Position numbers and translations under genes: made by a program | Source: Chloroflexota bacterium | Lineage (GTDB): Bacteria > Chloroflexota > Dehalococcoidia > Lucifugimonadales > Lucifugimonadaceae | Length of the DNA stretch: 64,000 nucleotides | Assembly: GCA_002719295.1 (NCBI GenBank) | Contig: PBHC01000016.1 | Span: 1 to 64,000 of the forward strand | Reading direction: 5' to 3' | Notes under the pieces: generated by a model | What the model was told of the DNA's origin: nothing | What the model saw: the letters and a program-made list of their open reading frames with translations, nothing else | Database searches by the model: none | Shown: positions 11,053 to 21,059 of the stretch, piece after piece | Layout: every line of letters starts with the position of its first letter | Numbering within the stretch: position 1 is the stretch's first letter

Positions 11053-12246
11053 TTAATCTTCTAAAATAGATTTGTTTATTGCATCAAATTTTGAATTTAG
11101 TTCGTCTATTTCATATTTTATTTTTGAATTTTCTATGATTCCGTTTCCTGCAAAAGAAATTATTTCATTATATTTATTACTATACTTAGCACATCTTAAT
11201 CCTGCAAAAAAATATGAAGAATCATTTTCTACATAACCTATTGAACCTGTATACAACCCTCTATTAAAAGGCTCATTGTTTTTTATCCATTCTTTGGCTT
11301 CATTAACAGGGTATCCAGCTAGTGCTGGAGATGGATGCAGTAGATTGATAAATTCAAAGAAGTTATTATTTTCAATAATAGTTTCTAGTTCTAATAAAAG
11401 ATGATTAATATTACTCAAAGATTTGATTTTTGTTTTTGATTTGCTTATTTTATTGTTTGAAAGTTTTTCTAATTGTTCTTCTAAAAATTCAACTACAATT
11501 TTATGTTCTTCAACTAGAGTTGTGTTATTAAAGTTTTTTTCTATTTCTTTTTTGTTTTGTCCATAATTTGGAATCGAGCCTGCAAGAGCGTCTGTAGTTA
11601 TTTTTTTGTCCTTATATTCAAAAACTTTTTCAGGTGTAGATCCAAAGAAATAATCATCTTTATTTTGATAAAGAAATGTGACACAATCAGGATATTCATT
11701 GGTCATATTTAGCAATGTTTGTTTTATATTTATTTTTATATTTGAATATTTCTTTGATTCTCCAACAACAATTTTTTCTAATTTACTTTTAGAAATATCT
11801 TTTTTGGCTTTTTCAACTAGATTGATCCATCTTGTGTTTTCGTTTTGTTTTTTATTTATAAATCTTTTTTTATTGTAGTTAGATTCGGGAGAGCTATCTA
11901 ATATTTTTTTATATAAATGTTTATCAGAACCAAATTCTTTGATTTTGTTGTTTTCAAAAATTATGGAATAAGATGGGAATAAAAATTCAGCGCTTGGATA
12001 TTCTTTCCAAATTGATTCTTTTGAACTACTAGAAATATCAAAAGAAACACTAGCAAATCCTATTTTTTTTTCTTTTAAAGTTTTTAAAACTTCAGATTTA
12101 AAATTATTGTAATTAGTGAAATCTTCAAGTTTTATACTTGTAGATTTACCAAATGAAGCTACTATCTTATTCTCTGAGGGAGAAATTAATAAACGATTAG
12201 GCTGGTTATCTAATATGGACGATAATAACTGAAAATAATTTAGCAT
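11053..12246 (-). CDS. menF: Isochorismate synthase
   Basis: KIV, FFGSTPE, ALAGS, EH.IVV, LHPSPAL.GYP, RGLYTG.IG; first gene of the men run. Confidence 0.85.
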   Translation of the reverse strand: MLNYFQLLSSILDNQPNRLLISPSENKIVASFGKSTSIKLEDFTNYNNFKSEVLKTLKEKKIGFASVSFDISSSSKESIWKEYPSAEFLFPSYSIIFENNKIKEFGSDKHLYKKILDSSPESNYNKKRFINKKQNENTRWINLVEKAKKDISKSKLEKIVVGESKKYSNIKINIKQTLLNMTNEYPDCVTFLYQNKDDYFFGSTPEKVFEYKDKKITTDALAGSIPNYGQNKKEIEKNFNNTTLVEEHKIVVEFLEEQLEKLSNNKISKSKTKIKSLSNINHLLLELETIIENNNFFEFINLLHPSPALAGYPVNEAKEWIKNNEPFNRGLYTGSIGYVENDSSYFFAGLRCAKYSNKYNEIISFAGNGIIENSKIKYEIDELNSKFDAINKSILED

Positions 12247-12287
12247 ATTTTTTGAATCAAAAAATTATTAGATTCATTCTTATTATA

Positions 12288-13958
12288 CTATCTTCCAAAC
12301 TGATTTGTAATATCTTCATAATCTAATTTTATTACTGCAGGCCTTCCGTGAGGATCCCAAGGGCTTTCTGTTTTTTCTAAATCATTTATTAGCTTATTAC
12401 ATTCTTCGTTTGTTAATGAGTCCCCTGATCTAACGGCACTATGACAAGCTAGTCTTTTTGAAATTATATCTTTTGAAGTATCTGTGTTGTTTTTTTCAAT
12501 ATCCTTAGAAATTAAATCTAATAAAAAACTAATATCAGATGATTTTGTTTTATAAATTCCAATAAAAGGAACATTTCTTACGATTATTTGGCCAGTTGCA
12601 GATTCTTCCAAATCCCATCCTAATTCCTTAAATTTATCTAAATTTTCAATAATTTTAGAGTTCATTATAGTTCCTAAATCAATATATTTTTTTAGATTTA
12701 AAATTTGAAATTCGTTAGAGAATTTTTCTTCTCTATATTTTTCAAACAGAATTCTTTCATGAGCTGCATGTTGATCAATAATATAAATTCCATCAGGACC
12801 CTCACATATCAAAAATGTATTTCTTATTTGCCCAATAAATCTTAATATGGGAAGACTATCTTTTAATGGATATTTTTCATTGTCAAATAAATTTTCTTGT
12901 AAAAATTTATTATTTTCGTACATTGATATTTCATTATTATTATTAGAAAAACTTAAAGTATTTGCAGGGATTTCTTGATTTAACAATTTTGAAATTGAAT
13001 TATAAATAAAAGAAAGTATTTCATTTTCATCAGAAAATTTAACTTCATGTTTTTGAGGGTGAATGTTTACGTCAACTAAATCGTATGGTATCAAAATATT
13101 TATTGATATTATGGGGAATTTTTTATGTTGAATAAAAGGTCTATAAGCATTTTCTATGGTAAATAAAATTTTAGAGTTATTTATAAGCCTATTATTTACA
13201 AAAATATTCATCCTAGACCGATTCCCAAAATTTTTTTGAGGTTTTGATATTAATCCTCTTATTTCGAGGTTTTCTCTTTGAGCATTAATTTCGATTACAT
13301 CATTCTTTGAAATTTTGTAGAAGTTTGAAATCAAGAAAAATAAATCATCATCTCCATTTGTTTTGATCTTATTTTTTTTATCAATGATAAGTTCGAATGA
13401 AATCGAAGGATAAGATTGAGAAATTCCATTAATGAAATTATGTATTTTTGAGGATTCTGATCTACTAGATGATAAAAATTTTAATCTTGCAGGTGTATTC
13501 ATAAAAATATCTTCAATTATAATTTTTGTTCCATAATTTGAAGAAGTTTTTTTATTTTTTATTATTTCCCCATGACTAATTTGAATTTCTTGAGCATAAT
13601 CATTAGACCTTACTCTTGATGTGCAAACTATATTTGATACAGAAGCAATAGAAGATAAAGCTTCTCCTCTAAATCCTAAAGTATCTATAGAATAAATCTC
13701 TTTTTTACTTTTTATTTTTGAAGTTGCATGTCTTTCAAATGCTATTTCTATTTCATCAGGAAAAATACCATCTCCATCATCTGTTATAGAAATATATTCT
13801 TTACCACCATCAATAATTTCAATAATTATTTTTTTTGAGTTAGCATCAATAGAATTTTCAACTAGTTCCTTAATAATTGATAAAGGGTTTTCAATAACTT
13901 CTCCTGCAGCAATTAATAAAGATATTTCTTTAGGTAATTTATTTATTTTTTTATTCAT
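12288..13958 (-). CDS. mutL: DNA mismatch repair endonuclease MutL
   Basis: IAAGEVIE.P.S..KELVENSIDA, GFRGEAL, DQHAAHER, ACH, PHGRP. Confidence 0.96.
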   Translation of the reverse strand: MNKKINKLPKEISLLIAAGEVIENPLSIIKELVENSIDANSKKIIIEIIDGGKEYISITDDGDGIFPDEIEIAFERHATSKIKSKKEIYSIDTLGFRGEALSSIASVSNIVCTSRVRSNDYAQEIQISHGEIIKNKKTSSNYGTKIIIEDIFMNTPARLKFLSSSRSESSKIHNFINGISQSYPSISFELIIDKKNKIKTNGDDDLFFLISNFYKISKNDVIEINAQRENLEIRGLISKPQKNFGNRSRMNIFVNNRLINNSKILFTIENAYRPFIQHKKFPIISINILIPYDLVDVNIHPQKHEVKFSDENEILSFIYNSISKLLNQEIPANTLSFSNNNNEISMYENNKFLQENLFDNEKYPLKDSLPILRFIGQIRNTFLICEGPDGIYIIDQHAAHERILFEKYREEKFSNEFQILNLKKYIDLGTIMNSKIIENLDKFKELGWDLEESATGQIIVRNVPFIGIYKTKSSDISFLLDLISKDIEKNNTDTSKDIISKRLACHSAVRSGDSLTNEECNKLINDLEKTESPWDPHGRPAVIKLDYEDITNQFGR

Positions 13959-15170
13959 TTATATTTTTGATAGACTTTTTGCCCAATAAATACTTGATAT
14001 AGCAAATAATAAAGTAATAATTGCAGTAAAGAAAGTAGTGATTTCTGCTCCGAAATACCCAAATGCCCAACTCATGGGGAGCATACTTATAGGCATTAGT
14101 CCCCAAGACATCATTAGAAGACTAATAACTCTAGCTCGATATTCTTCTCCTGCATGTTCCATCATTAAAGCTTGACCAAGGCTCCATCTACCTGTCTCTG
14201 AGAAGCCTACAATTATCATAGCAATAATACCTACAATGAAGAAATTTAGTGTAGAAACCATTAGTAAGCCAAAACCTGTTATTATGCCAATAATAATTAG
14301 TATCCAACCTCGTTTAGATTTAGAATTCAAAGAAGCAATCAATATCGAAGATAAGATTCCTCCGATACCACCAGCGGCCATTAGATTTCCTACTTCACCT
14401 GGTGTAGAAAGAAATACATCTTTTGCAAATACTGGTATCAGCATTCTAAATGGCCCAGTACATAGAGCTAAAACGACTGCATGTATCCAAATCAACCTAA
14501 CCAATTTATTTGTTTTTAAGTACATGAAACCATTAATTATTTCTTTGTATGTAGAAGTTTTTTTACTTGATAATTTAGGAGGAAAATTGGGAACAAAGCC
14601 TACAAAAAAAACACCTGTCATCATAAGTATAGAAACGATCATATAAGAATTTAGAGGTCCAAAAAATTCATAAGTATAACCTCCTATAGCAGGAGCTATC
14701 ATTGTTGTTATTCCCATTATCATAGCGTTTAATCCTATTGCATTCGTAACCAAATTTTTACCTACCAAATCAGGAATTAAAGATTGTCTCGCTGGAACTT
14801 GAATTGCAAACATTGCTCCTTGTGTTACAGAAACAAGAAGTAAATGACTCCAGTGCAATAAATCAAAATAAATTAGCACCATAACAATCATGCTTTGAAT
14901 CATATTTACACCTTGAGCAAATTGAATAAGTCTCTTTTTATTAACTTTTTCTCCTAGTACACCACCAAACATAGAAAATAATAATAAAGAAGGAGCGAAT
15001 CCTGCAGAAACTATACCGGTTATAAGCGCATTAGATGTAATATCGTAAACAAGTATTCCCCTAACTGTCATTTGAATTTGAAATCCAGCCATTGAAAAAA
15101 ATAGGCTTAACCACATATATAAAAAATTTCTATTTCCTAGACTTTTAAATATATTCGTTTTATTTTTCAA
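13959..15170 (-). CDS. MFS transporter
   Basis: About 12 TM helices; F.SL..RNF, P.RQSLIPDLV...NAIGLN, YRARV. Confidence 0.88.
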   Translation of the reverse strand: MKNKTNIFKSLGNRNFLYMWLSLFFSMAGFQIQMTVRGILVYDITSNALITGIVSAGFAPSLLLFSMFGGVLGEKVNKKRLIQFAQGVNMIQSMIVMVLIYFDLLHWSHLLLVSVTQGAMFAIQVPARQSLIPDLVGKNLVTNAIGLNAMIMGITTMIAPAIGGYTYEFFGPLNSYMIVSILMMTGVFFVGFVPNFPPKLSSKKTSTYKEIINGFMYLKTNKLVRLIWIHAVVLALCTGPFRMLIPVFAKDVFLSTPGEVGNLMAAGGIGGILSSILIASLNSKSKRGWILIIIGIITGFGLLMVSTLNFFIVGIIAMIIVGFSETGRWSLGQALMMEHAGEEYRARVISLLMMSWGLMPISMLPMSWAFGYFGAEITTFFTAIITLLFAISSIYWAKSLSKI

Positions 15171-15174
15171 TTAA

Positions 15175-15909
15175 TTACTTTTCTAACTTAAGTAACAGGT
15201 CTTCTAATTCTTTAACTTTTATATAATCTTCATTTAGAAGACTGTAGGCTCTGCTTATATATGCGGAAATGATTTCTTCAGAATCAGTGCTATTCAAATC
15301 AAGATATTCTAATAGCTTATCTATTTTTCTATTTTCAGGAATAATTGAGCTAATTATTTTTATTTCTTTTTTTAAATTATTTATTTCATTAAGTTCGTTA
15401 TTATCCTTAGAAAAATTAATTTTTCCTATAATTTTAGTGATCTCTGCTAATAAATCTGATTCATTCATATTTGAGTATTTTGAGCTATTTATTTCAGATT
15501 TATTAGCAGGAATTTCATCTAAAAGCTCACTAATATCATCAAATTCTTGAGGATTGCATAAATCTGTATATTCACTTGCTAGGCTATTTAGTTTTGACAT
15601 TGAAGAAGTTGCATCTTTTGAGTTGATACTTCCTCCATAAATGAGGTCATCTGATCTTTTTTCTGCTAAAGAAAATAACTTTTCATAATCCCCAGAAAAC
15701 TTTTCAGGAATTGGAGGAAAAATCATTTTAGTCATCTCTTCATCAGGTATCTGATCCTTAAACATTTCTGGAATATATTTAGTTAAATCTCCAGAAATTG
15801 GGAAATCCATTATGTAAGAAGCGTATATATCATCATATTCTTGGAAGTAAATAATTGCATGACCTTTTGGTCTGTTTTCGCTTCCAAATTTAAATTCTAA
15901 GTTAGACAT
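15175..15909 (-). CDS. Hypothetical protein (acidic, helical C-terminus)
   Basis: 244-aa ORF filling the gap in a co-oriented run; N-terminus FG..RPKGHAIIYF. Confidence 0.75.
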   Translation of the reverse strand: MSNLEFKFGSENRPKGHAIIYFQEYDDIYASYIMDFPISGDLTKYIPEMFKDQIPDEEMTKMIFPPIPEKFSGDYEKLFSLAEKRSDDLIYGGSINSKDATSSMSKLNSLASEYTDLCNPQEFDDISELLDEIPANKSEINSSKYSNMNESDLLAEITKIIGKINFSKDNNELNEINNLKKEIKIISSIIPENRKIDKLLEYLDLNSTDSEEIISAYISRAYSLLNEDYIKVKELEDLLLKLEK

Positions 15910-15967
15910 ATGATTTTTTTTCCTTGTTTTAAAAGTTATTAATACTAAAATAAATGTAGGAGTAAAA

Positions 15968-16990
15968 ATGCTTTACAAAACACTAATACTACCAATTCTA
16001 CAACTTATCAACCCAGAGGTCTCTCATTTAATAGCAGAAAAATTTTTTCAATTAAATTTTCACAAGCTTTTTAATCTGTTTTTTCTTAGAAATAAATCTG
16101 ACCAAATTAAAACTGATGTTTTAGGATTAGAATTGAATTCTCCTATAGGACTGGCTGCTGGATATGATAAAAATTGCAAAATTTTAGAACCATTACTTTC
16201 TTTACATTTTGGTTTCGTTACTGGAGGTACAATTACTCTTCAAGAAAGGTTTGGGAATCCAAAACCTAGGCTTTTTCATATTCCTAGAGAAAAAGCTTTA
16301 ATTAATTCGTTAGGATTTCCTAGCTTAGGTCTTGATAATATAAACCAGAACTTAAAAATTAATGGTGATTCAAGAATATTTTTATCTGTTTCAGGTATAA
16401 ATGAAGATGAAATAATTTCGTGCGTCAAATTACTTGAAAATAAAACTAAAGTTTTTGAAATAAATATTTCTAGTCCTAATACTGCAGGCTTAAGACTTTT
16501 TCATAATCCTTCTGAATTATCAAAATTGATTCAAAAAATAAAAAAAATTTCAAATAATAAAATATTAGTAAAACTTCCTCCATGGCTAGAATCAGAAAAA
16601 CAAGATTTTCTAAATCTGGGAAAGACAGCAATTATGGCAGGGGCTGATGGATTAGTTGTTGCAAATAGTTTGCCTGTAAATGATGAAAAATTAGCTGTTG
16701 GTAAAGGAGGAAAATCTGGAAAAATCTTGACTTCTAACACTCAAAGAATGATTGCCGAAACTAGATCCTTTTTAGGTCCAGATCCAGTAATAGTTGCATG
16801 TGGCGGGATATTTAATTCTAAAGATGTATGGAATGCATTAGCATTAGGAGCAGATTTATGTCAGGGATATACAGGCTTTATTTATGAAGGGTTATTTTTT
16901 GCAAACAACATCAATAAAGGATTAAAGAAATTGATGGATGAAAAAAATATTACGTCGTTAAATCAAATAAAAGGGAAAGCTCTGGTCTAA
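15968..16990 (+). CDS. pyrD: Dihydroorotate dehydrogenase, quinone-dependent (class 2)
   Basis: PE.SH, GLAAGYDKN, GNPKPRLF, INSLGF, NISSPNT.GLR. Confidence 0.93.
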   Translation: MLYKTLILPILQLINPEVSHLIAEKFFQLNFHKLFNLFFLRNKSDQIKTDVLGLELNSPIGLAAGYDKNCKILEPLLSLHFGFVTGGTITLQERFGNPKPRLFHIPREKALINSLGFPSLGLDNINQNLKINGDSRIFLSVSGINEDEIISCVKLLENKTKVFEINISSPNTAGLRLFHNPSELSKLIQKIKKISNNKILVKLPPWLESEKQDFLNLGKTAIMAGADGLVVANSLPVNDEKLAVGKGGKSGKILTSNTQRMIAETRSFLGPDPVIVACGGIFNSKDVWNALALGADLCQGYTGFIYEGLFFANNINKGLKKLMDEKNITSLNQIKGKALV

Positions 16991-17928
16991 TTTATATTCA
17001 TTAATATTTCATCGTAAAAAGGCATAGACTCTTGGGCTCCAAATTTTGTTACACTAAGCGCAGATCCAACAATAGCATTTTCTATGGATGTGAATAATTC
17101 ATTTCCAGAAGCTAAAGATGCTCCTAATATACCTGTGAATGCATCTCCTGCAGCAACACTTGCCTTTACTTCTTTGATTTTATGGGGTTCAAAATATTTT
17201 TCTTCATTTAAATTCATAAATAAAGCACCATTTTCACCAAGTGTAATAATACAATTTTTTATACCTTTAGATATGAGTAATTTAGCAGATTTTCTTGCAT
17301 CATCAATGTTTTTAATTTTTATACCAGTCATATATTCTGCTTCAGTTTCATTTGGTGTTATGAAATCTGCCATTTTATAATAATCTAATTTCAGATTTTC
17401 CCTGTAAGGAGCTGGGTCTAAAATAACAGGAATATTATTTTCACTTGCTGATTTCATGCATTCTCTAGTAATTTCTTCATCAAGCTCATTTTGAGTGATC
17501 AATATTTTAGTATTTTTTATATTTTTTTTGAAATGATCAACTAAAATCAAGTCTTTTTTTGCATTTGCACCATAAACAGCATTAACATAATTCTCACCAT
17601 TATTTGTTGTAAAAATAATTGCAATCCCTGAATGAAGTTTACTATCAGATAGAATGTTTGAAGTAATGATTTTTTCATTTTCTAAATAACTTTTTAATTC
17701 TGATCCATAATTGTCATCCCCTATAAATCCAAAAAAATTAACTGATTCCTTTTTTGATACTCTCGCAGCAGCTACTGCTTGATTCCCACCTTTTCCACCT
17801 GGAGCGGTGTAAAATTTGTCTCCTACTACTGTTTCTCCTGGATTTGCAGGCCTGTCAAGATTCATTATTAAGTCCATATTTAAAGCACCCAATACTGATA
17901 TTGAAGAATTTTGAGTATCTAATTTCAT
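16987..17928 (-). CDS. rbsK: Ribokinase (PfkB family)
   Basis: N.DL, PGETV, GGKG.NQAVAAAR, TPNETEA, AGDAF. Confidence 0.85.
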   Translation of the reverse strand: MKLDTQNSSISVLGALNMDLIMNLDRPANPGETVVGDKFYTAPGGKGGNQAVAAARVSKKESVNFFGFIGDDNYGSELKSYLENEKIITSNILSDSKLHSGIAIIFTTNNGENYVNAVYGANAKKDLILVDHFKKNIKNTKILITQNELDEEITRECMKSASENNIPVILDPAPYRENLKLDYYKMADFITPNETEAEYMTGIKIKNIDDARKSAKLLISKGIKNCIITLGENGALFMNLNEEKYFEPHKIKEVKASVAAGDAFTGILGASLASGNELFTSIENAIVGSALSVTKFGAQESMPFYDEILMNIN

Positions 17929-18005
17929 ACGTCTAAGCCTAAAAGTTTATTATCAGTTATAATAATATAAATGTTTTGTATCAACAAGTAATATAATTTA
18001 AGATT

Positions 18006-18275
18006 ATGGCTAATGTAAAAATACCTACCCCATTAAGGACACTAACTAATAACGAAACTTCAGTAGAAATTACCGGAGATAAAGTTATTAATATTATTGA
18101 AAATCTCAATCAAAAATTTCCAGGAGTTTCTGAAAAAATAATGGAAAATAATGAGTTAAAGCATTTCGTAAATATATATATAAACGGTGAAGATATAAGA
18201 TATCTAGATTCTTTAAATACTAAAGTTGATTTAAACGATGAAATTGCTATAGTTCCTGCTGTTGCAGGTGGTTAA
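18006..18275 (+). CDS. MoaD/ThiS/CysO-like ubiquitin-fold sulfur carrier
   Basis: V.IPT.LR, FVNIYINGEDIR.L, C-terminal PAVAGG. Confidence 0.9.
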   Translation: MANVKIPTPLRTLTNNETSVEITGDKVINIIENLNQKFPGVSEKIMENNELKHFVNIYINGEDIRYLDSLNTKVDLNDEIAIVPAVAGG

Positions 18276-19375
18276 ATTATAACTTCCTTGAGTGATTCTA
18301 TTACAATTTTCTCATCTATTTCCTGAGATATTATTGCATTTCCTATAGAGTCTAATAATACCCATTTGACTTTACCATTAGAATTTTTTTTATCCATTTT
18401 AATCGCATCTAATATTTTTTTTATTTCAATATTTTTTATTTTGACAGGCAAATTATATTTATTTAGTATTTTTTCTTGTCGATCTACAATTTCTTTAGTT
18501 ATAAATCCTTTTCTCATTGAAATATTTGCTGCAGCCATCATTCCTATACTTACAGCTTCTCCATGAAGATATTGATTATAATTACTTATTTTTTCAATAG
18601 CATGACCAACAGTGTGACCATAATTTAGTTTGATTCTTTCATCTCCTCTTTCAAACTCATCTTCAGAAACTATTTTTGCTTTTATTGCAACAGATTTTTT
18701 TAATATCTCAGCAGAATAATCGTTATCTAATTTATAAATTCTTTCATGATTTTCTTCAAACTCTTTGAAAAGATCAATATTTTGAATAAGAGAATGTTTA
18801 ATGGCCTCAGCCCACCCACTTGTTTTTTCTCTCTCAGGAAGACTATGTAAAAAGTCTAAATCTTCAAAAACAAGTTTTGGTTGATAGAAAGAACCAACAA
18901 GATTTTTTCCTTCTGGAAGATTATATGCAACTTTTCCACCTATTGCTGCATCAGTCATAGACGCAAGTGTTGTTGGTATTTGTATAAATGGAATCCCTCT
19001 TAAGTAAGTTGATGCTGCAAATCCTATAATATCTCCTGCTACTCCTCCTCCCATTGATATTATGAAATCTTTTCTTTCCGCTTTCATGTCAGCTAACCAA
19101 TTATATATTTTTGAAACAGTCGCATGAGTTTTTATTTCTTCAGAAAATTCCATTGACAAAGAATTTGTAATAAATCCTTGTGATTCTAATGATTCGTGTA
19201 AATTTTTTGTTTGTTTTGGAAACATAGATTTATCAGCGATCAAAAAGCATTTTTTGTTGTTTAGATTAGCTTTGTATAACTCTTTCCCTAATTCTCCAAG
19301 TATTGATTTTCCGACAATTACTCTGTAGTCACCTTGGGAAGTATTTATAGTTGCTGCTAAGTATTTATTATCCAT
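18272..19375 (-). CDS. aroB: 3-dehydroquinate synthase
   Basis: GGGV.GD..GFAASTY.RG, PTTL..M.DAAIGGK, KN.VG.F.QP, LNYGHT.GHAIE, HGEAV. Confidence 0.96.
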   Translation of the reverse strand: MDNKYLAATINTSQGDYRVIVGKSILGELGKELYKANLNNKKCFLIADKSMFPKQTKNLHESLESQGFITNSLSMEFSEEIKTHATVSKIYNWLADMKAERKDFIISMGGGVAGDIIGFAASTYLRGIPFIQIPTTLASMTDAAIGGKVAYNLPEGKNLVGSFYQPKLVFEDLDFLHSLPEREKTSGWAEAIKHSLIQNIDLFKEFEENHERIYKLDNDYSAEILKKSVAIKAKIVSEDEFERGDERIKLNYGHTVGHAIEKISNYNQYLHGEAVSIGMMAAANISMRKGFITKEIVDRQEKILNKYNLPVKIKNIEIKKILDAIKMDKKNSNGKVKWVLLDSIGNAIISQEIDEKIVIESLKEVII

Positions 19376-19889
19376 AAATTTTTGTTATTTCTTTAACTAT
19401 TTGATTTATATCTTTTTCATTAGTATCAATTTTTGTGTCAGCTATATTATAGACGTTTAATCTGCTATTAAATAAATTTATAATATTTTCCCTTTTTACA
19501 TTTGAACCTAAAAGAGGCCTGATTTCATTTGATTTAAAAAGTCTTTCAAAGATAGAATCTACTGATACTTCTAACCATATGATTTCACCTTTATTTTTCA
19601 TGATTCTAAGATTTTTATCAATAGTTGGAACCCCACCTCCTGTTGCAACTATATTTTTGTTAGAAAAATCTATTTCAGATAAAACATTGCTTTCAATTTT
19701 TCTAAACTCATTTTCTCCATTTTGAGTAATGATTTCATCAATAGTTTTACCCTCTTTGTCCTCTATGATTCTATCTGTATCAATAAATGTGCAGTTTAGG
19801 GCCTTAGCTAATTTTTTCCCTACTGAACTTTTTCCTGACCCAGAAAATCCTATTAAAAATAAACTTGATTTATTTTCTTTATTTTCCAT
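19368..19889 (-). CDS. aroK: Shikimate kinase
   Basis: GFSGSGKS P-loop, D.D..IE, GE..FR..E, ATGGG, RPLL. Confidence 0.95.
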   Translation of the reverse strand: MENKENKSSLFLIGFSGSGKSSVGKKLAKALNCTFIDTDRIIEDKEGKTIDEIITQNGENEFRKIESNVLSEIDFSNKNIVATGGGVPTIDKNLRIMKNKGEIIWLEVSVDSIFERLFKSNEIRPLLGSNVKRENIINLFNSRLNVYNIADTKIDTNEKDINQIVKEITKIYG

Positions 19890-21057
19890 ATTCTTTGAAG
19901 CTTTTTATATAAGAAATAAAGTTTCTCTTTATTTCCTGCAAACTATCCCCTCCAAATTTTTCCAAAACTACTTCAGTTAGTGCTAGGGCCAACATGGCTT
20001 CTCCAACAGGGCATGCTCTGCTAACTTGGCATATATCAGATCTATTATAAGCAGCTTCTACTACTTCCCCAGTAATTATATCGACTGAAGGTAAAGGACT
20101 AGTCATCGTTGCTATAGGTTTTATAGCTACGTTTACGACTATATTATTTCCATTAGACATACCGCCTTCTATACCTCCAGAATGGTTAGATATTTGAGAA
20201 AAATTTCTTGGATCAGATTTATTAGGTTCTATTACATCTTGTACTTCTTTACCTAATTTTTTTGTGTTTTCAAAACCGTCTCCTATTTCAACTCCTTTTA
20301 CAGCGTTTATAGATATCATTGCTTGTGCAATTTTCCCATCTAATTTGTTATCCCAATGAGTGTGGCTTCCTAGACCAAGTGGAACATTGTATGCGATTAC
20401 TTGAAAAACACCACCAATAGTTGTTCTTTCTTTTTTTACTTGATCTATAACTTGTTTAAATCTGATATCTTCTTCACTATTTGATGCTCTTACTTCAGAA
20501 TTTTCAACATAATTCCAATCAATATTTTCTAAATTGTTTAATTCAGATTTTTCCCAACCTACAGATTTAACTCTAGATTTTATTTCAACTCCTAATTCTG
20601 ATAAAAATTTCTTACATATTGAAGCTGCAGCTACTCTAGCTGCAGTCTCTCTAGCACTTGCTCTTTCAAGTACATTTCTTACATCTTTATGGTTAAATTT
20701 TAAGGTTCCTGGGAAGTCAGCGTGACCTGGTACAATTTTTGTTTGAAGTTTAATGTCTTCGTTTGAATCTACTGGAGTTATTGACATAGGAGTTGTCCAA
20801 TTTACCCAATCCTTATTTTCTATCCACAGCGAAATGGGAGAACCTAGAGTTTTTCCATGTCTTACTCCAGTTTTAATCTCAGCTCTATCTTTTTCAATTT
20901 TCATCCTGCCGCCAGATCCATATCCTTTTTGCCTTCTTGACATATCTTTTTCAATATAATCTTCATCAATAGATAAATTTGAAGGCATTCCTTCAATAAT
21001 TACGCTTAGTCCTTTACCATGCGATTCTCCTGCTGTTAAGAATCTAAATTTTCCCAT
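19879..21057 (-). CDS. aroC: Chorismate synthase
   Basis: LTAGESHG, RRQ.GYG.G.RM.IE.D, PGHAD, ERASARETAARVA, GG.EGGMSNG. Confidence 0.97.
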   Translation of the reverse strand: MGKFRFLTAGESHGKGLSVIIEGMPSNLSIDEDYIEKDMSRRQKGYGSGGRMKIEKDRAEIKTGVRHGKTLGSPISLWIENKDWVNWTTPMSITPVDSNEDIKLQTKIVPGHADFPGTLKFNHKDVRNVLERASARETAARVAAASICKKFLSELGVEIKSRVKSVGWEKSELNNLENIDWNYVENSEVRASNSEEDIRFKQVIDQVKKERTTIGGVFQVIAYNVPLGLGSHTHWDNKLDGKIAQAMISINAVKGVEIGDGFENTKKLGKEVQDVIEPNKSDPRNFSQISNHSGGIEGGMSNGNNIVVNVAIKPIATMTSPLPSVDIITGEVVEAAYNRSDICQVSRACPVGEAMLALALTEVVLEKFGGDSLQEIKRNFISYIKSFKEYGK

Positions 21058-21059
21058 TT

